Assembly: GCA_051382305.1 (NCBI GenBank)
Contig: JBBCAV010000298.1
Location: forward strand, 1-41,541
Direction of reading: 5' to 3'
DNA from: Bdellovibrionota bacterium FG-2
GTDB taxonomy: Bacteria > Bdellovibrionota > UBA1018
DNA: 41,541 bases
Made by a program: the position numbers and the translations under genes. A model generated the notes under the pieces. The model searched no databases. It was given only the letters and a program-made list of their open reading frames with translations, and was not told the DNA's origin. Below are positions 12,403-22,800 of the stretch, one piece after another. The stretch's first letter is position 1. Each line of letters opens with the position of its first letter.

Positions 12403-13593
12403 TTAATCTACGATCTCGGAAACAACGCCTGAACCCACAGTTCTGCCACCTTCACGGATAGCGAAACGTAGTTCTTTTTCCATAGCAATCGGGGTGATCA
12501 GCTCAACTTCAACCGCAACGTTGTCACCAGGCATCACCATCTCAACGCTTGCAGGAAGCGTCACGACGCCTGTCACGTCTGTCGTACGGAAATAAAACTG
12601 AGGACGATAGCCATTGAAGAACGGAGTATGACGTCCGCCTTCTTCTTTGGTCAGAATGTAGGCTTGACCTTTGAACTTCTTATGCGGAGTGATCGTGCCC
12701 GGATGAGCAAGCACTTGACCGCGCTCAACCTCTTCTTTTTTCGTTCCACGAAGAAGTGCACCGATGTTGTCGCCTGCCTCACCCTGATCGAGAAGCTTAC
12801 GGAACATTTCAACGCCAGTAACAACGGTCTTCGTTGTCGGACGCAGACCGATGATTTCTACTTCTTCGCCGATTTTAATGATCCCACGCTCAACTCGACC
12901 CGTAACAACAGTTCCACGACCAGAGATCGAGAAAACGTCTTCAACAGGCATCAAAAATGGCTTATCTTTTTCGCGTTTTGGCTGTGGAATGTAGTTGTCG
13001 CAAGCATCCATGAGTTTCATGATAGAGCCTTCACCCATATCACTTAGATCACCTTCGCCGGCTTTCAAGGCTGACCCGCGAATGACCGGAATCTTATCGC
13101 CAGGGAAATTGTAGGAGGTCAAAAGCTCACGAACTTCCATTTCAACGAGATCAAGAAGTTCTGAATCATCAACCATGTCACACTTGTTCATATAGACAAC
13201 AATCGCAGGAACACCGACCTGACGAGCGAGCAAGATATGCTCACGAGTCTGCGGCATCGGACCGTCAGCAGCAGAAACAACGACAATTGCGCCGTCCATC
13301 TGAGCAGCGCCGGTGATCATGTTTTTAACATAGTCAGCATGGCCTGGGCAGTCAACGTGTGCATAGTGGCGATTTGCAGTCTGATATTCAACGTGCGTGG
13401 TATTAATCGTGATACCGCGCTCTTTTTCTTCAGGCGCATTATCGATTTGGTCGTAAGCACGCGCTGTCGCCCAACCTTTTTTCGCTAACACCGTCGTAAT
13501 TGCCGCTGTTAACGTGGTCTTCCCATGGTCGACGTGACCAATAGTCCCAATGTTACAGTGGGGCTTGTTTCTTTCAAATTTCTCTTTTGACAT
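12403..13593 (-). CDS. tuf: Elongation factor Tu
   Basis: [17 protein letters not shown]. True start is MSKEKF at 13593 (396 aa); the track's longer ORF begins inside the upstream tRNA. Confidence 0.99.
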   Translation of the reverse strand: MSKEKFERNKPHCNIGTIGHVDHGKTTLTAAITTVLAKKGWATARAYDQIDNAPEEKERGITINTTHVEYQTANRHYAHVDCPGHADYVKNMITGAAQMDGAIVVVSAADGPMPQTREHILLARQVGVPAIVVYMNKCDMVDDSELLDLVEMEVRELLTSYNFPGDKIPVIRGSALKAGEGDLSDMGEGSIMKLMDACDNYIPQPKREKDKPFLMPVEDVFSISGRGTVVTGRVERGIIKIGEEVEIIGLRPTTKTVVTGVEMFRKLLDQGEAGDNIGALLRGTKKEEVERGQVLAHPGTITPHKKFKGQAYILTKEEGGRHTPFFNGYRPQFYFRTTDVTGVVTLPASVEMVMPGDNVAVEVELITPIAMEKELRFAIREGGRTVGSGVVSEIVD

Positions 13594-13658
13594 ACCCTTC
13601 TTGCCTCCGAAATGTTTGGGTAGGTTTTCCCGGAACCTACAACCGGTTTTTTCAAAAC

Positions 13659-13735
13659 TGGAGCTCTTGATGGGATTTGAACCCATGACCTCTCCCTTAC
13701 CAAGGGAGTGCTCTGGCCAACTGAGCTACAAGAGC
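13659..13735 (-). tRNA. tRNA-Thr(GGT)
   Basis: GCTCTTG/CAAGAGC acceptor, anticodon loop TTGGTAA, encoded CCA. Confidence 0.97.
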
Positions 13736-13865
13736 GTACATCACCCTATGAGCAAAATTTCAAAAAGTTCTGGAGCAAGGTGTTTACACAGTTTCTCACC
13801 AATTTTCAGCTTTTTTTTGAACTTTTTCTCTTTTGCGAAATCTACAGCCATTTTTGGCTGAAATT

Positions 13866-13942
13866 TGGAGCGGGAGACGGGATTCGAACCCGCGACCCTC
13901 AGCTTGGAAGGCTGATGCTCTAGCCAACTGAGCTACTCCCGC
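13866..13942 (-). tRNA. tRNA-Gly(TCC)
   Basis: GCGGGAG/CTCCCGC acceptor, anticodon loop CTTCCAA, encoded CCA. Confidence 0.97.
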
Positions 13943-13961
13943 CCAAAACACAGTCTAGAAG

Positions 13962-14047
13962 TGGTGGAGAGAGAAGGAATCGAACCTTCGAAGGCATACG
14001 CCGCCAGATTTACAGTCTGGTCCCTTTGGCCGCTTGGGTATCTCTCC
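13962..14047 (-). tRNA. tRNA-Tyr(GTA)
   Basis: GGAGAGA/TCTCTCC acceptor, anticodon loop CTGTAAA, long variable arm, encoded CCA. Confidence 0.97.
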
Positions 14048-14125
14048 ATCAAATTTTCAACTGCGAAATAAATTTCGCTTTGCAAGCTGGTGTACGGCTT
14101 TTGGCTGCAATCCTCTTGCGTAAAA

Positions 14126-14201
14126 TGGAGCTGGAGAAGGGATTCGAACCCGCGACCTGCGGTTTACAAAACCGCTGCTCTACCAACTGAGCTACTCCAG
14201 C
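14126..14201 (-). tRNA. tRNA-Thr(TGT)
   Basis: GCTGGAG/CTCCAGC acceptor, anticodon loop TTTGTAA, encoded CCA; first gene of the canonical Thr-Tyr-Gly-Thr-tuf operon. Confidence 0.97.
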
Positions 14202-14307
14202 ACAAATTTACGCAAAACAACTAGCACATCGCGTGTTCCTTAAAACCTTGGCTAGGTTTTTTTAGACAAACGAACCCCAAAAAGCTTTTGCCAGCTCCAA
14301 GGTACGA

Positions 14308-14379
14308 AAATTTCCATTATTTCGAAAAAAAGTCAACAAGAGTTTACCAATTGACGAGAAAGCCAACGCACGAGACTAT
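14308..14379. promoter_or_regulatory. Back-to-back sigma70-type promoters (tRNA-tuf operon and the 14386 gene)
   Basis: Minus strand TTGACT (14336-14331)-17 nt-AAATTT; plus strand TTGACG (14351)-17 nt-GACTAT (14374). The -10 matches are weak. Confidence 0.4.
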
Positions 14380-14385
14380 TTCAGG

Positions 14386-14973
14386 ATGAAAAACACGAAA
14401 AAGACACTCACCGCCATATTGGTAATTCTCTGTTGTACACTTACTCTCGAACCCAGCTACGCCAAGGAAGGAGGTTCCAGGAAATCTGCAACTCCAGCCG
14501 CCGATACCAGCGGGGACGCGCCAGCAGGCGCGCCTACGGATACACTTCGGCACCGAACAGGCTTCGGAATCGCCGCAGTTCAGGGGCTCACCAACACACC
14601 CACCACTCCGACGATGCTTTTTGATTTGTCGGGATCCAACGTTTTCCAGCTATTTTTTGGGGTTCCGGGAACAAGTCCTTTTCAATTCTCTCTAGGAATG
14701 CTCTTCAAACATAACCTCAAAGAAAATGCGACCAACGGTTTTCACCTTGGAGGGGGATTTGGTGCGGGTTCCCAAATTACTGAGGGTACTACCACCGCTT
14801 TTGCAACGGCAGTCACCGCGATTTTTGGATTTCACTTTTTAATTCCTGACGCCCCGCAGATCGCCATGCACTTTGATGCGGGTCCGACTTTGCGCAGTTT
14901 TTCGGGGAAAACTGATATTTCAATAGCCGCTCTCTCCCCCGCACTCGGGATGAGCTTGCTTTACATGTTCTAA
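14386..14973 (+). CDS. Exported hypothetical protein, probable small outer-membrane beta-barrel
   Basis: Basic and hydrophobic signal peptide (...SYA), Ala/Pro/Thr linker, alternating Gly/hydrophobic strands, C-terminal Y-x-F. Confidence 0.7.
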   Translation: MKNTKKTLTAILVILCCTLTLEPSYAKEGGSRKSATPAADTSGDAPAGAPTDTLRHRTGFGIAAVQGLTNTPTTPTMLFDLSGSNVFQLFFGVPGTSPFQFSLGMLFKHNLKENATNGFHLGGGFGAGSQITEGTTTAFATAVTAIFGFHFLIPDAPQIAMHFDAGPTLRSFSGKTDISIAALSPALGMSLLYMF

Positions 14974-14997
14974 GATTTTAGAATATTTCCAGGTATT

Positions 14998-15933
14998 ATG
15001 AAGACACGCAACGAGCGGCGAAAACCTGTCCTCATCGTCCAGCACGCCCTTCATGAACATCCCGCCGTCATTCGTCGTGCACTGGAAGCGCAGGGCATAC
15101 AGACCCTTCTCATTCACCCCTATGAGGGAGAATCCTATCCCTTGGTCGGAGAAATCTCCGGATTTATTTCGCTGGGTGGGCCCATGGGGGCGAATGACGA
15201 AATGCAGCACCCGTGGATTCCGTCGGAGTGTATGCTCCTTCGAAAATGTACTGAAAAAGGCCTTCCAGTCGTTGGAATTTGTCTGGGAGCTCAACTCTTG
15301 GCAAAATCTTTGGGAGCGGTAGTGGAACAAAATCCGCAAGCGGAATTCGGCTGGTTTCCTGTCACTCTGAACGCACAAGGATTAGAGGATCCTGTGATGG
15401 GAGCCGCGGGTGGGCATCCGATTGTTTATCATTGGCACCACGATACGTTTCACCTTCCGGCGGGGGCAGAACTGCTCGCGCACTCGCGCTTATGTGAAAA
15501 ACAGGCCTATAAAATTGGAGATTTGGCGTATGGATTTCAGTTTCATCCGGAGGCTGACGCACAATTGGTAGCTGAGTGGCTTGCGATCGAAAGCTGTGGA
15601 GATGAAATTCAAGCCACACAAAAGAAACACGGTCCCTCAGGCGTGCAAGGTCAAAGTGTTCAGGGTAATTTTTCCAAGAAAGGCGAGCGCGGTAGTCTCA
15701 AAATTACGGATGCGCTCAGTCGAATTTTCAGGCAACTGCCTATGAGGGAACCTTTGAAAGATGTCGAGTTAGTGCTGCCTCAAACCACCGTTCAACGAAA
15801 GCGGATTTGCATCGAGTTCCACGATTCTTCTCGAAAAACACAGCAGATTTTGGGCGTGGTCATTAATTTACTGCGAATTCCTGCGGGCGAGTTTGTGGTT
15901 TTTCGGGATGATAGGGGACTGCTTTGGCCGTGA
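14998..15933 (+). CDS. Type 1 glutamine amidotransferase-like protein with extra C-terminal domain
   Basis: LGGPMGAND, GICLGAQ (Cys nucleophile), QFHPE (His-Glu); about 70 aa C-terminal extension. Confidence 0.9.
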   Translation: MKTRNERRKPVLIVQHALHEHPAVIRRALEAQGIQTLLIHPYEGESYPLVGEISGFISLGGPMGANDEMQHPWIPSECMLLRKCTEKGLPVVGICLGAQLLAKSLGAVVEQNPQAEFGWFPVTLNAQGLEDPVMGAAGGHPIVYHWHHDTFHLPAGAELLAHSRLCEKQAYKIGDLAYGFQFHPEADAQLVAEWLAIESCGDEIQATQKKHGPSGVQGQSVQGNFSKKGERGSLKITDALSRIFRQLPMREPLKDVELVLPQTTVQRKRICIEFHDSSRKTQQILGVVINLLRIPAGEFVVFRDDRGLLWP

Positions 15934-15969
15934 AGAGCGAATGAACGATTCAAAAGAAACATGCGACAC

Positions 15970-16719
15970 TCACTTACACACATAGATCTGCTTCAGTGAT
16001 TTCGAAGAAAACGGACCTTTTTGGGAATCGCCGAATCGGTCAACCATCTTGAACCCGCTGTAACGAAGCAAGGCCTGAAGCTCGAGTGGATAAATACACT
16101 GCATATCGAGCTTCTGCCGGTAAGACCTCCCTTCAAGATGTATTGTCCAAGTTGCGCGAATGATTTGAATAGCGGCGTTGTAGCGACAGCTTTCATCGAT
16201 AACGATTTTTCGACCGTCCGGTAATTGAAATCGATATCGCCCGCCCACGGGCTTGCGCTCGGAATCGACGATAAACTAAACTCTCGGATTGAACACATCA
16301 AAGAGAAACCTCCCGCCCGGTGCTAGGTGCCGGCGAACGGTTTCAAAAACTCGCTCTGTGTCCTCGATCGTGTAGGTATTTAAGAGAGAGTAAAATGGGA
16401 TGAAGATCATCTTGAATTTCTTACGCAGGCGAACCGCTCTCATGTCTTCCTTGATGAATGGAATATCGAGACCCGCAGATTTGGCCTTTTCTTTCGCTCG
16501 AGTTAGCATTGACTTGGTAAAATCCAGCCCCGTGATTCGAATTCCAGCTTTTGCCATCGGGATTGTCAATCGACCGGTGCCACAACAGAGCTCGAGGACT
16601 TCGCCACGCGCTCGTAACGCGTAATCCAAATAGAATGACAGGTCCGTTGTAAACGTGTTCATCGCATCATAAAAGCATGCATCATAGATTTTTCGATCAA
16701 CACCCAAGTTCTGAGTCAT
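15970..16719 (-). pseudogene. Class I SAM-dependent methyltransferase interrupted by one in-frame TAG
   Basis: VLELCCGTGRL motif I. Track ORFs 16276..16719 and 15970..16248 share a frame: ...FDVFNPRV-TAG(16276-16278)-FIVDSERKPVGGRYRF...; SD GGAGG upstream. Confidence 0.85.
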
Positions 16720-16729
16720 AAGTCCTCCA

Positions 16730-16943
16730 TCATCCCCGGCTCATTAGCGCTGCCACTGAAAATACACAAATCAGGGCGCCTGAAAATCGATTGACCCAAA
16801 TCATCACTTTGGCTGAAAGAGATTTTTTCCATTTTGCCGTAATGAAACTCAGGAAAAGCCACCAGGTCATTGAACCGAGAAAAACCCCAATCACTATGAG
16901 GCTAGCCGCATAGGAGTCCAAGAAATATACTCTTAACAAGCAC
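16730..16943 (-). pseudogene. LysE-family exporter remnant with large internal deletion
   Basis: C-terminal LIVIGVFLGSMTWWLFLS...WVNRFSGALICVF is typical of the LysE C-terminus. A different frame from GTG 16943 gives (M)LVKSIFLGL, resembling a LysE N-terminus. Divergent from an Lrp regulator. Confidence 0.75.
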
Positions 16944-17066
16944 GGCTATAGTGAACACTAGTAAGAACATCCCCACATATTTAGTCATTAGTATCGACTT
17001 ACTTTTACGGCAACATTATTAAATTAAGAAATTGACTTATATTTCTAATTTTATTAGCAAGGCTTA

Positions 17067-17522
17067 ATGGATGCTACAGATATTAAAATCGTGAAAAATC
17101 TAATGGAGAATGGGCGAATTGCCTGGAAAGAGCTGGCACATAACCTTCGGGTATCTGCTCCCACAATCGCTGAACGAGTTCGAAAACTTGAAGAGCAACG
17201 GGTCATTGTCGGTTACGGGGCACTGGTGAACCCGAGCGCAATTGGATTGAAACTGACCGCGTTCATTTCTATAACTCTTGCTCGGCCGGACGATAGAGAA
17301 CCATTTTTGAAAAAGATCTTAAAAATGCCTGAAATTCAAGAGTGCCATCACGTCGCGGGAGATTACGATTATCTTCTGAAAGTACGGTGTAGTGATACAA
17401 AAGCTTTAGATAAACTCCTGAGCATCGAACTCAAAGGGATCAAGGGAATAGTTCGAACTCGGACCACAATCGTATTGGACTCGACGAAGGAAACTTCATC
17501 GCTGCCTTGTTCAAGTTCGTGA
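17067..17522 (+). CDS. Lrp/AsnC family transcriptional regulator
   Basis: MDATDIKI...GRIAWKELA...VSAPTIAERVRKLEE HTH; ECHHVAGDYDYLLKV ligand-binding domain. Confidence 0.96.
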   Translation: MDATDIKIVKNLMENGRIAWKELAHNLRVSAPTIAERVRKLEEQRVIVGYGALVNPSAIGLKLTAFISITLARPDDREPFLKKILKMPEIQECHHVAGDYDYLLKVRCSDTKALDKLLSIELKGIKGIVRTRTTIVLDSTKETSSLPCSSS

Positions 17523-17664
17523 CGTCACCGTCTCATGGCGATGCACCAATATTGCTTCGAGTGCACTTACCTAAAAATACTGAATGATTTCATATAAAAA
17601 ATAATGACGCAGACACTCCTGTCGCGATACAGGCTTTTCGAGCGGTTCAGTCAGATATTTAGCG

Positions 17665-18198
17665 CTATCCCACGAATGGAAATTCTGAAATCTCCCTTGC
17701 CGTCCCCGTTTCAATAACTCCAATTGAGACAATTTCTCCCGCGATCCTGGTATCATACTTCAGGCAGACTTCAATGATCCGGGGCACCTGTTGAAGATCG
17801 CATCGAATTGCAAGAGTGCTATGGGGCACCCAACTTCCAGGCTGATAATAGGCTGAGCAACGTGCCATCAACTCGCGATTGCCATTATGAAATCGTGAAT
17901 GAAGACCCAACAATTCCGTGGAGGGTACCAGGGGCAGGAAAACGTGAGCGGGCTCAGTCGGAAAAGTCGCCACTCCATAGGACAATACTTTAACTCCGGA
18001 GCTTACCTTCGCGAATACTTCTGCAAAAGCACTCAACTCATCCGCCGTTGCCTCAGCCCAAACGCCTAAGGTTACACCCGGTCGAGACCCCGAATCTTTC
18101 ATAAATTGAGCCAAGGATTCGTTAGCGAGATCATCCCATATGAGTCTGATCGCCTTCGACGAAGCATCCGAAAAAAAGCATTTAACAGCAAATCCCAT
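17665..18198 (-). CDS. 2H phosphoesterase (2'-5' RNA ligase family)-like protein
   Basis: C-terminal YYQPGSWVPHSTLA (HxT motif); the equivalent N-terminal motif reads SRPGVTLG. Confidence 0.8.
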   Translation of the reverse strand: MGFAVKCFFSDASSKAIRLIWDDLANESLAQFMKDSGSRPGVTLGVWAEATADELSAFAEVFAKVSSGVKVLSYGVATFPTEPAHVFLPLVPSTELLGLHSRFHNGNRELMARCSAYYQPGSWVPHSTLAIRCDLQQVPRIIEVCLKYDTRIAGEIVSIGVIETGTAREISEFPFVG

Positions 18199-18205
18199 GT
18201 CGAAT

Positions 18206-18961
18206 CTACTTCGTCAAATGGGACATCAACACCCCGGCCGCCACCGATACATTCAGCGAAGTCACTGACCCTTTAGGTTGAATCCCGCACAAAACATCGC
18301 ATGATTCTTGGGTTAAACGACGCATTCCTTTTTCCTCATTGCCCAGCACAAGTAGCCACGGGCGATCAGGCTTTACCGTTTCAAGCCCCTCTTTCGCATG
18401 CTCCGAAGTTCCTAAAACCCAAATGCCCTGATCTTTTGCACATTGAAGGGCTTGCTGAAGATTGGTTTGTAGCGAAAATGGAACGACTTCGACACCGCCT
18501 GAAGCCACATCATAAACCGTGGGAGAAATCGGCGCCGAACGCTCTTGCGTGAGCAAAATCCCCTGCACCCCAAAAAATCCTGCGGCCCGAAAAATCGCTC
18601 CAACATTATGAGGATCTTGAAGACAATCCAGCGCAAGCCAAAGTCCTCGTCCGCCCTTCTTTTCTGAAGCCCCTGAAAACAGCTGTTCCATTGGGATGGA
18701 GTCTTTTTCCTTCACGGTGCCTTCGGCGCCCCCTTCTCTGCCACCTTCATCGGAAGAGGAAAAACCGCCGTGAGGAGGCTCTAGAGCTTTCGTTGAAACC
18801 TGGATTTTATGATCACGCGCAAGCTTCAGAACCTGTTGCCAGGGATCATCGGGGTTGCCGCTTTTTTCCATTCCGCGCGAAATTTGGATTTTTTGGACAT
18901 CTTTGGGACGAGTTTTCAATACAGCCAAAAGGCTATGGGGGTTCCGAATTCTAACGCTCAC
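18206..18961 (-). CDS. TrmH/SpoU-family RNA 2'-O-methyltransferase (RlmB-like)
   Basis: LDCLQDPHNVGAIFRAA, VLGNEEKGM and SLNVSVAAG SPOUT motifs. Confidence 0.93.
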   Translation of the reverse strand: MSVRIRNPHSLLAVLKTRPKDVQKIQISRGMEKSGNPDDPWQQVLKLARDHKIQVSTKALEPPHGGFSSSDEGGREGGAEGTVKEKDSIPMEQLFSGASEKKGGRGLWLALDCLQDPHNVGAIFRAAGFFGVQGILLTQERSAPISPTVYDVASGGVEVVPFSLQTNLQQALQCAKDQGIWVLGTSEHAKEGLETVKPDRPWLLVLGNEEKGMRRLTQESCDVLCGIQPKGSVTSLNVSVAAGVLMSHLTK

Positions 18962-18992
18962 GGTTCTACTCCTCTATTTTTATTGGAAACAC

Positions 18993-19736
18993 TTATCCAT
19001 TAAAATAAGCGCTTTGGCCACTCTCTCTTAAAATTAATTCGGTAACTTTTCGAGGGTCCTCAGACTCGCAAATGGGTCGGCCCACCACAATCGCGCTTGC
19101 CCCCGCAAGATGCGCCTCATTAGGCGTGATCACCCGCGCCTGATCCTGGGCTGAAAATCCCTGGGGACGAATTCCAGGCACAACGGTGTAGAGGCCAGGA
19201 AACTGCTCGCGGATCGGCTTTAGTTCTATCGCAGAACAAACCACACCATCCACACCCCATGCTACTGAATGCTCAACCAAACCAAGCACCGAGTCCATCA
19301 CATCGACCGCATGGCCGGAAATCGCCTTGGTTACTTCCGCCCACCTCACATCGTCAAAGGAGGTGAGGACGCTGACTCCAAGAATCCTAGTGCGAATGGA
19401 TTCAATTTCAGCCAGTTCATTCACAACGGACTTGAGCATATGGCTTCCGCCCGCCAAGTGAACCGTGAGCATTTCCACCCGCAGCAAAGTTGCTTGCTTG
19501 ATTGCACGAGCGACCGTATTTGGAATATCGTGAAACTTGAGATCCAGAAATATGCGCTTTTTTTGGTGCACGAGTTCTCTGACCAAATCAGGGCCGCCCG
19601 CCAAGAACAGTTCAGAGCCCACTTTGTAGATCACGGGCAAATCGCCCAACTCCTTCACGAGCTGAAAAGCAGGCTCAGTTCTGGGAAAATCAAGGGCAAC
19701 GATGAGGTCAGTGTGATGAGTTGTTTGGTTTGGCAT
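18993..19736 (-). CDS. pyrF: Orotidine-5'-phosphate decarboxylase
   Basis: IVALD, FLDLKFHDIPNTV, VPGIRP, VVGRPI; start set at the ATG after SD AAGGGGGAG. Confidence 0.97.
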   Translation of the reverse strand: MPNQTTHHTDLIVALDFPRTEPAFQLVKELGDLPVIYKVGSELFLAGGPDLVRELVHQKKRIFLDLKFHDIPNTVARAIKQATLLRVEMLTVHLAGGSHMLKSVVNELAEIESIRTRILGVSVLTSFDDVRWAEVTKAISGHAVDVMDSVLGLVEHSVAWGVDGVVCSAIELKPIREQFPGLYTVVPGIRPQGFSAQDQARVITPNEAHLAGASAIVVGRPICESEDPRKVTELILRESGQSAYFNG

Positions 19737-19836
19737 TATGACTCCCCCTTCGCCTAAATCGCTCCTCGCCAATTAAATAAATGCAAAAATCGAGCGCGCA
19801 CTTTGCCTATGTTCAGCTGCACGCTATAACACGACT

Positions 19837-22800
19837 TTACTTGAAGGGTTTTCGTCTGTCCATGGGAGAGGGATCCCCTCCTCCCGTGGGAAAAGTTGTC
19901 GGCAAGGGCGAGGGGATTAGGCTTTTTTCGATCCACTGGAGGTCCTTTAGATTGGGTAGATTGGGGCCAGAATTGAAACCATAGTTCTGCCATCCCTCCA
20001 CCGTTGTCCTCGATTTCGCGGTAAAATCAAATTTCTGATACATCGGAACCGAAACCCCCACGGGATCACTCCAATCTGAATAAGTCTTGCCCTCATAGTT
20101 GGAACCAGGGGATCCTCCGATTCCCAGCAAAGTCACGACATAGGCCCTCACTCGGACAAAGGCCTGTATTGGCTTCAGGCTTGAAACTTCATAGGGAAGC
20201 GGTCGCATAAAGACTTTGTTAACTGTGGTCTTCACCCACAAAGACTCTTCCTTCGCGGGAGGCGCTGCAGGTGGCACATCAACGGTCTTCTTGAATTGTG
20301 TGAAGGGAAGATCACTCTTAAAAGGTTCGGTAAACTCAAACTCAAACCCCACGGAATTCCCCATGCAATTATAGGATTCTGCCTGGAACTTGTATTCAAC
20401 GACATCCTGAGTGAATTGAAGCTGCTCCGGCACCTTTGGTGTCGGAACAACAGGGGGCGGGATCCCAAATAGACACAGCGGAACATGCTTGGAGGTAAAA
20501 TGTTGAAGTTTTCCACTCAGCCCTATTTTCACCCGAGGAAGTTCGGCCACAACCGACTCTTTTCCATTTTCGCAAACCTGCTTCGCGCCCCAAACCCAAA
20601 CACCAGTATCCATAGATTGGACCCAAGTCGCCTCTCCATTCTTATTCTTCTTCGTATCGTGCTCAAAAACGGTGTTCGTAAGAAGTTCAGTAAAGCTAAA
20701 ACGGACCACACAGGGAGCGTACTTGTAGGAAGGTGCGACCACCTGCGCCTTTAATTTAGGCTTGGGCTGACTGATCCCCTCGAGATAAGTGTAAACAAAA
20801 TGCGTCGTGGAATCCCCAGGGATCTCATCCCCCGCAGTATCAATCACGCTCTGAGTGAGACCCAGGGGCACATCAGGTGACGAGACAAAACTCGGAGCAC
20901 TTAGATCGCCCGTATCTATGAAGTTTGAACGCAACAGCGAAGCCCATTGAGGCTGACTCAACAAACCCTTGCCCACAAAATACTTGCCCAAAGAGAGGGG
21001 AGACAAAGGACTAGAATTCGTTGAAAGCCTCAGAACATTATATTTATGCCCAGTATTCGGCATTTCAACAGCAGCAGGCGTTCCTGGAGGATCGAATTCG
21101 GCACCGGGTTTGGACTTCACGAAATTTGCCATTCCCCTTAAGAAGGGAATAAGATCCAAAGAAAGGTTTTCCTCATAACCCGTATCAGCCCAAGTTTTCT
21201 TATAGCCCGCGATAAATGAATCCACGTCCTTTACTGTGCCATCCATAATTTCAGCCGCGATATAAGTTGAATCGGCTATATACTGAGATTTGATATTCAA
21301 AAAAGTTGCCTTGTTGCCGGGAACGCTATCGAGTAAATCACATCCCAACTGCGACCAACGTGCCTCATTGTTGGCCGTAACTCGTACCGCGGTCTCTCCC
21401 ATCGCATAGATTCTCTTAATCAAAGTCTGAAGTTGGTCTCTTCTGCGAATCCATTCTTTGGAGTCTTCAACTACACCCCTTTTCAGCATCTGATAGCGAA
21501 AAAAGTGGTTAGAGCACCCATCCTTTTTGTCGCAACTCGAAGTCGAATTGAACACCGCACCTAGAAAGCTGTCATCATATTGAACTAACGATCCCCCCAC
21601 GGGCCCCCCCGAAGGTCGAGAAGAATCGTCCCAATGCGCGCACCGATTAAGAATATACTGCCCCAAGGAACTGGCGAATCCTTCGACAAAAGCGGTACCT
21701 AATTCTTGGTACTGACCATAATCATGTCCGATATCGTAGATAGGATGAGGGTATTTTTCGGGATCATCTTTTATAGCCGCTTTAAAATCATCCAGCGTCT
21801 TAAATTCAGCCGGCTGCGCATAATCTTTCGGAAGAGGATTGGGACGACGATAATTATTTGCAAACGAATAATCGTATGTGAAGCTTGATGACGCGAATGC
21901 CGCATGAACCGAGTGACCGAATTCATGAGCGATCGTCTGCGTTCCCCCAATCAACCAAAATAGATCCATGGGGTCATCCCCCAGCTTCTCAGCATAGGGT
22001 CCAAAAAACGAAATCCCTCCCAACCCCCCAAACGCCCAGGTCGCATCAACATTAACAAAATAGAAACCCGTGTCCGAAAAGATCACGTCCAAGCTCTTTG
22101 AGACGTTTAGATTCTTGTCCCACAAGAACATGGCCTTGACGTACTGATCGGGAACAAGACTTTTCATAAATTCTGCTCGCAACCGGCGATGAAGCTCCAC
22201 CACATTTTGAAACCCAGAAACAACTTGCCTCACATAGTTAAAATAGAAATCCTGAGCGGTCTGAGAACCCAAGAAAACCAACGTTCCCAAATCCACGCTT
22301 GGGGCCTCATCAAAGGCGGTAAAAAAATTGAATGTCGGTGTTTGGCTCTTTTTCCCCGTGGCGTCTTCATAAGTGGGTACTTGTCCCAGGAAAAACTGTG
22401 GCTGTGCATTAATATCCCACGCCATAATCTTGGTGACCAATAAGTCAAGGCTATTGGTCTTCTTTACTTCCTCTCCCCCCTCATTTTGCGGCCAACCGGC
22501 CACTATCGCACCCGTTTTGTCAAAGCCCTTGAGCTGATAGACAAGCTTCGCTTCCAGTGAAACGATCACCTTCTGCCCTGCGCCACACGCCTGAAGATCA
22601 ACTTCAAAGTTCCCCTCCGAATCCGTTTGAACAACCTTCGACACGTCGCAGAGTTGAAGATCTGGTTTAGTTCCTTTAAAAAGGCTGATCTTCACTTGAG
22701 CGCTAAAAGGACGAAGCAAGGGGTAGAGTTCGCCTGTTACAGAATCATAGATTTCCTCCGGCATCAGATCTTCAGTAACCGGTTTTCCCAAATTGGGACC

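Noticed and set aside
16276-16278. Pyrrolysine or genetic-code reassignment of TAG
   Set aside because: TAG terminates core genes here (rpoC, rpoB, rplK, rpmG), no pyl genes are visible, and the neighbouring gene is also decayed.
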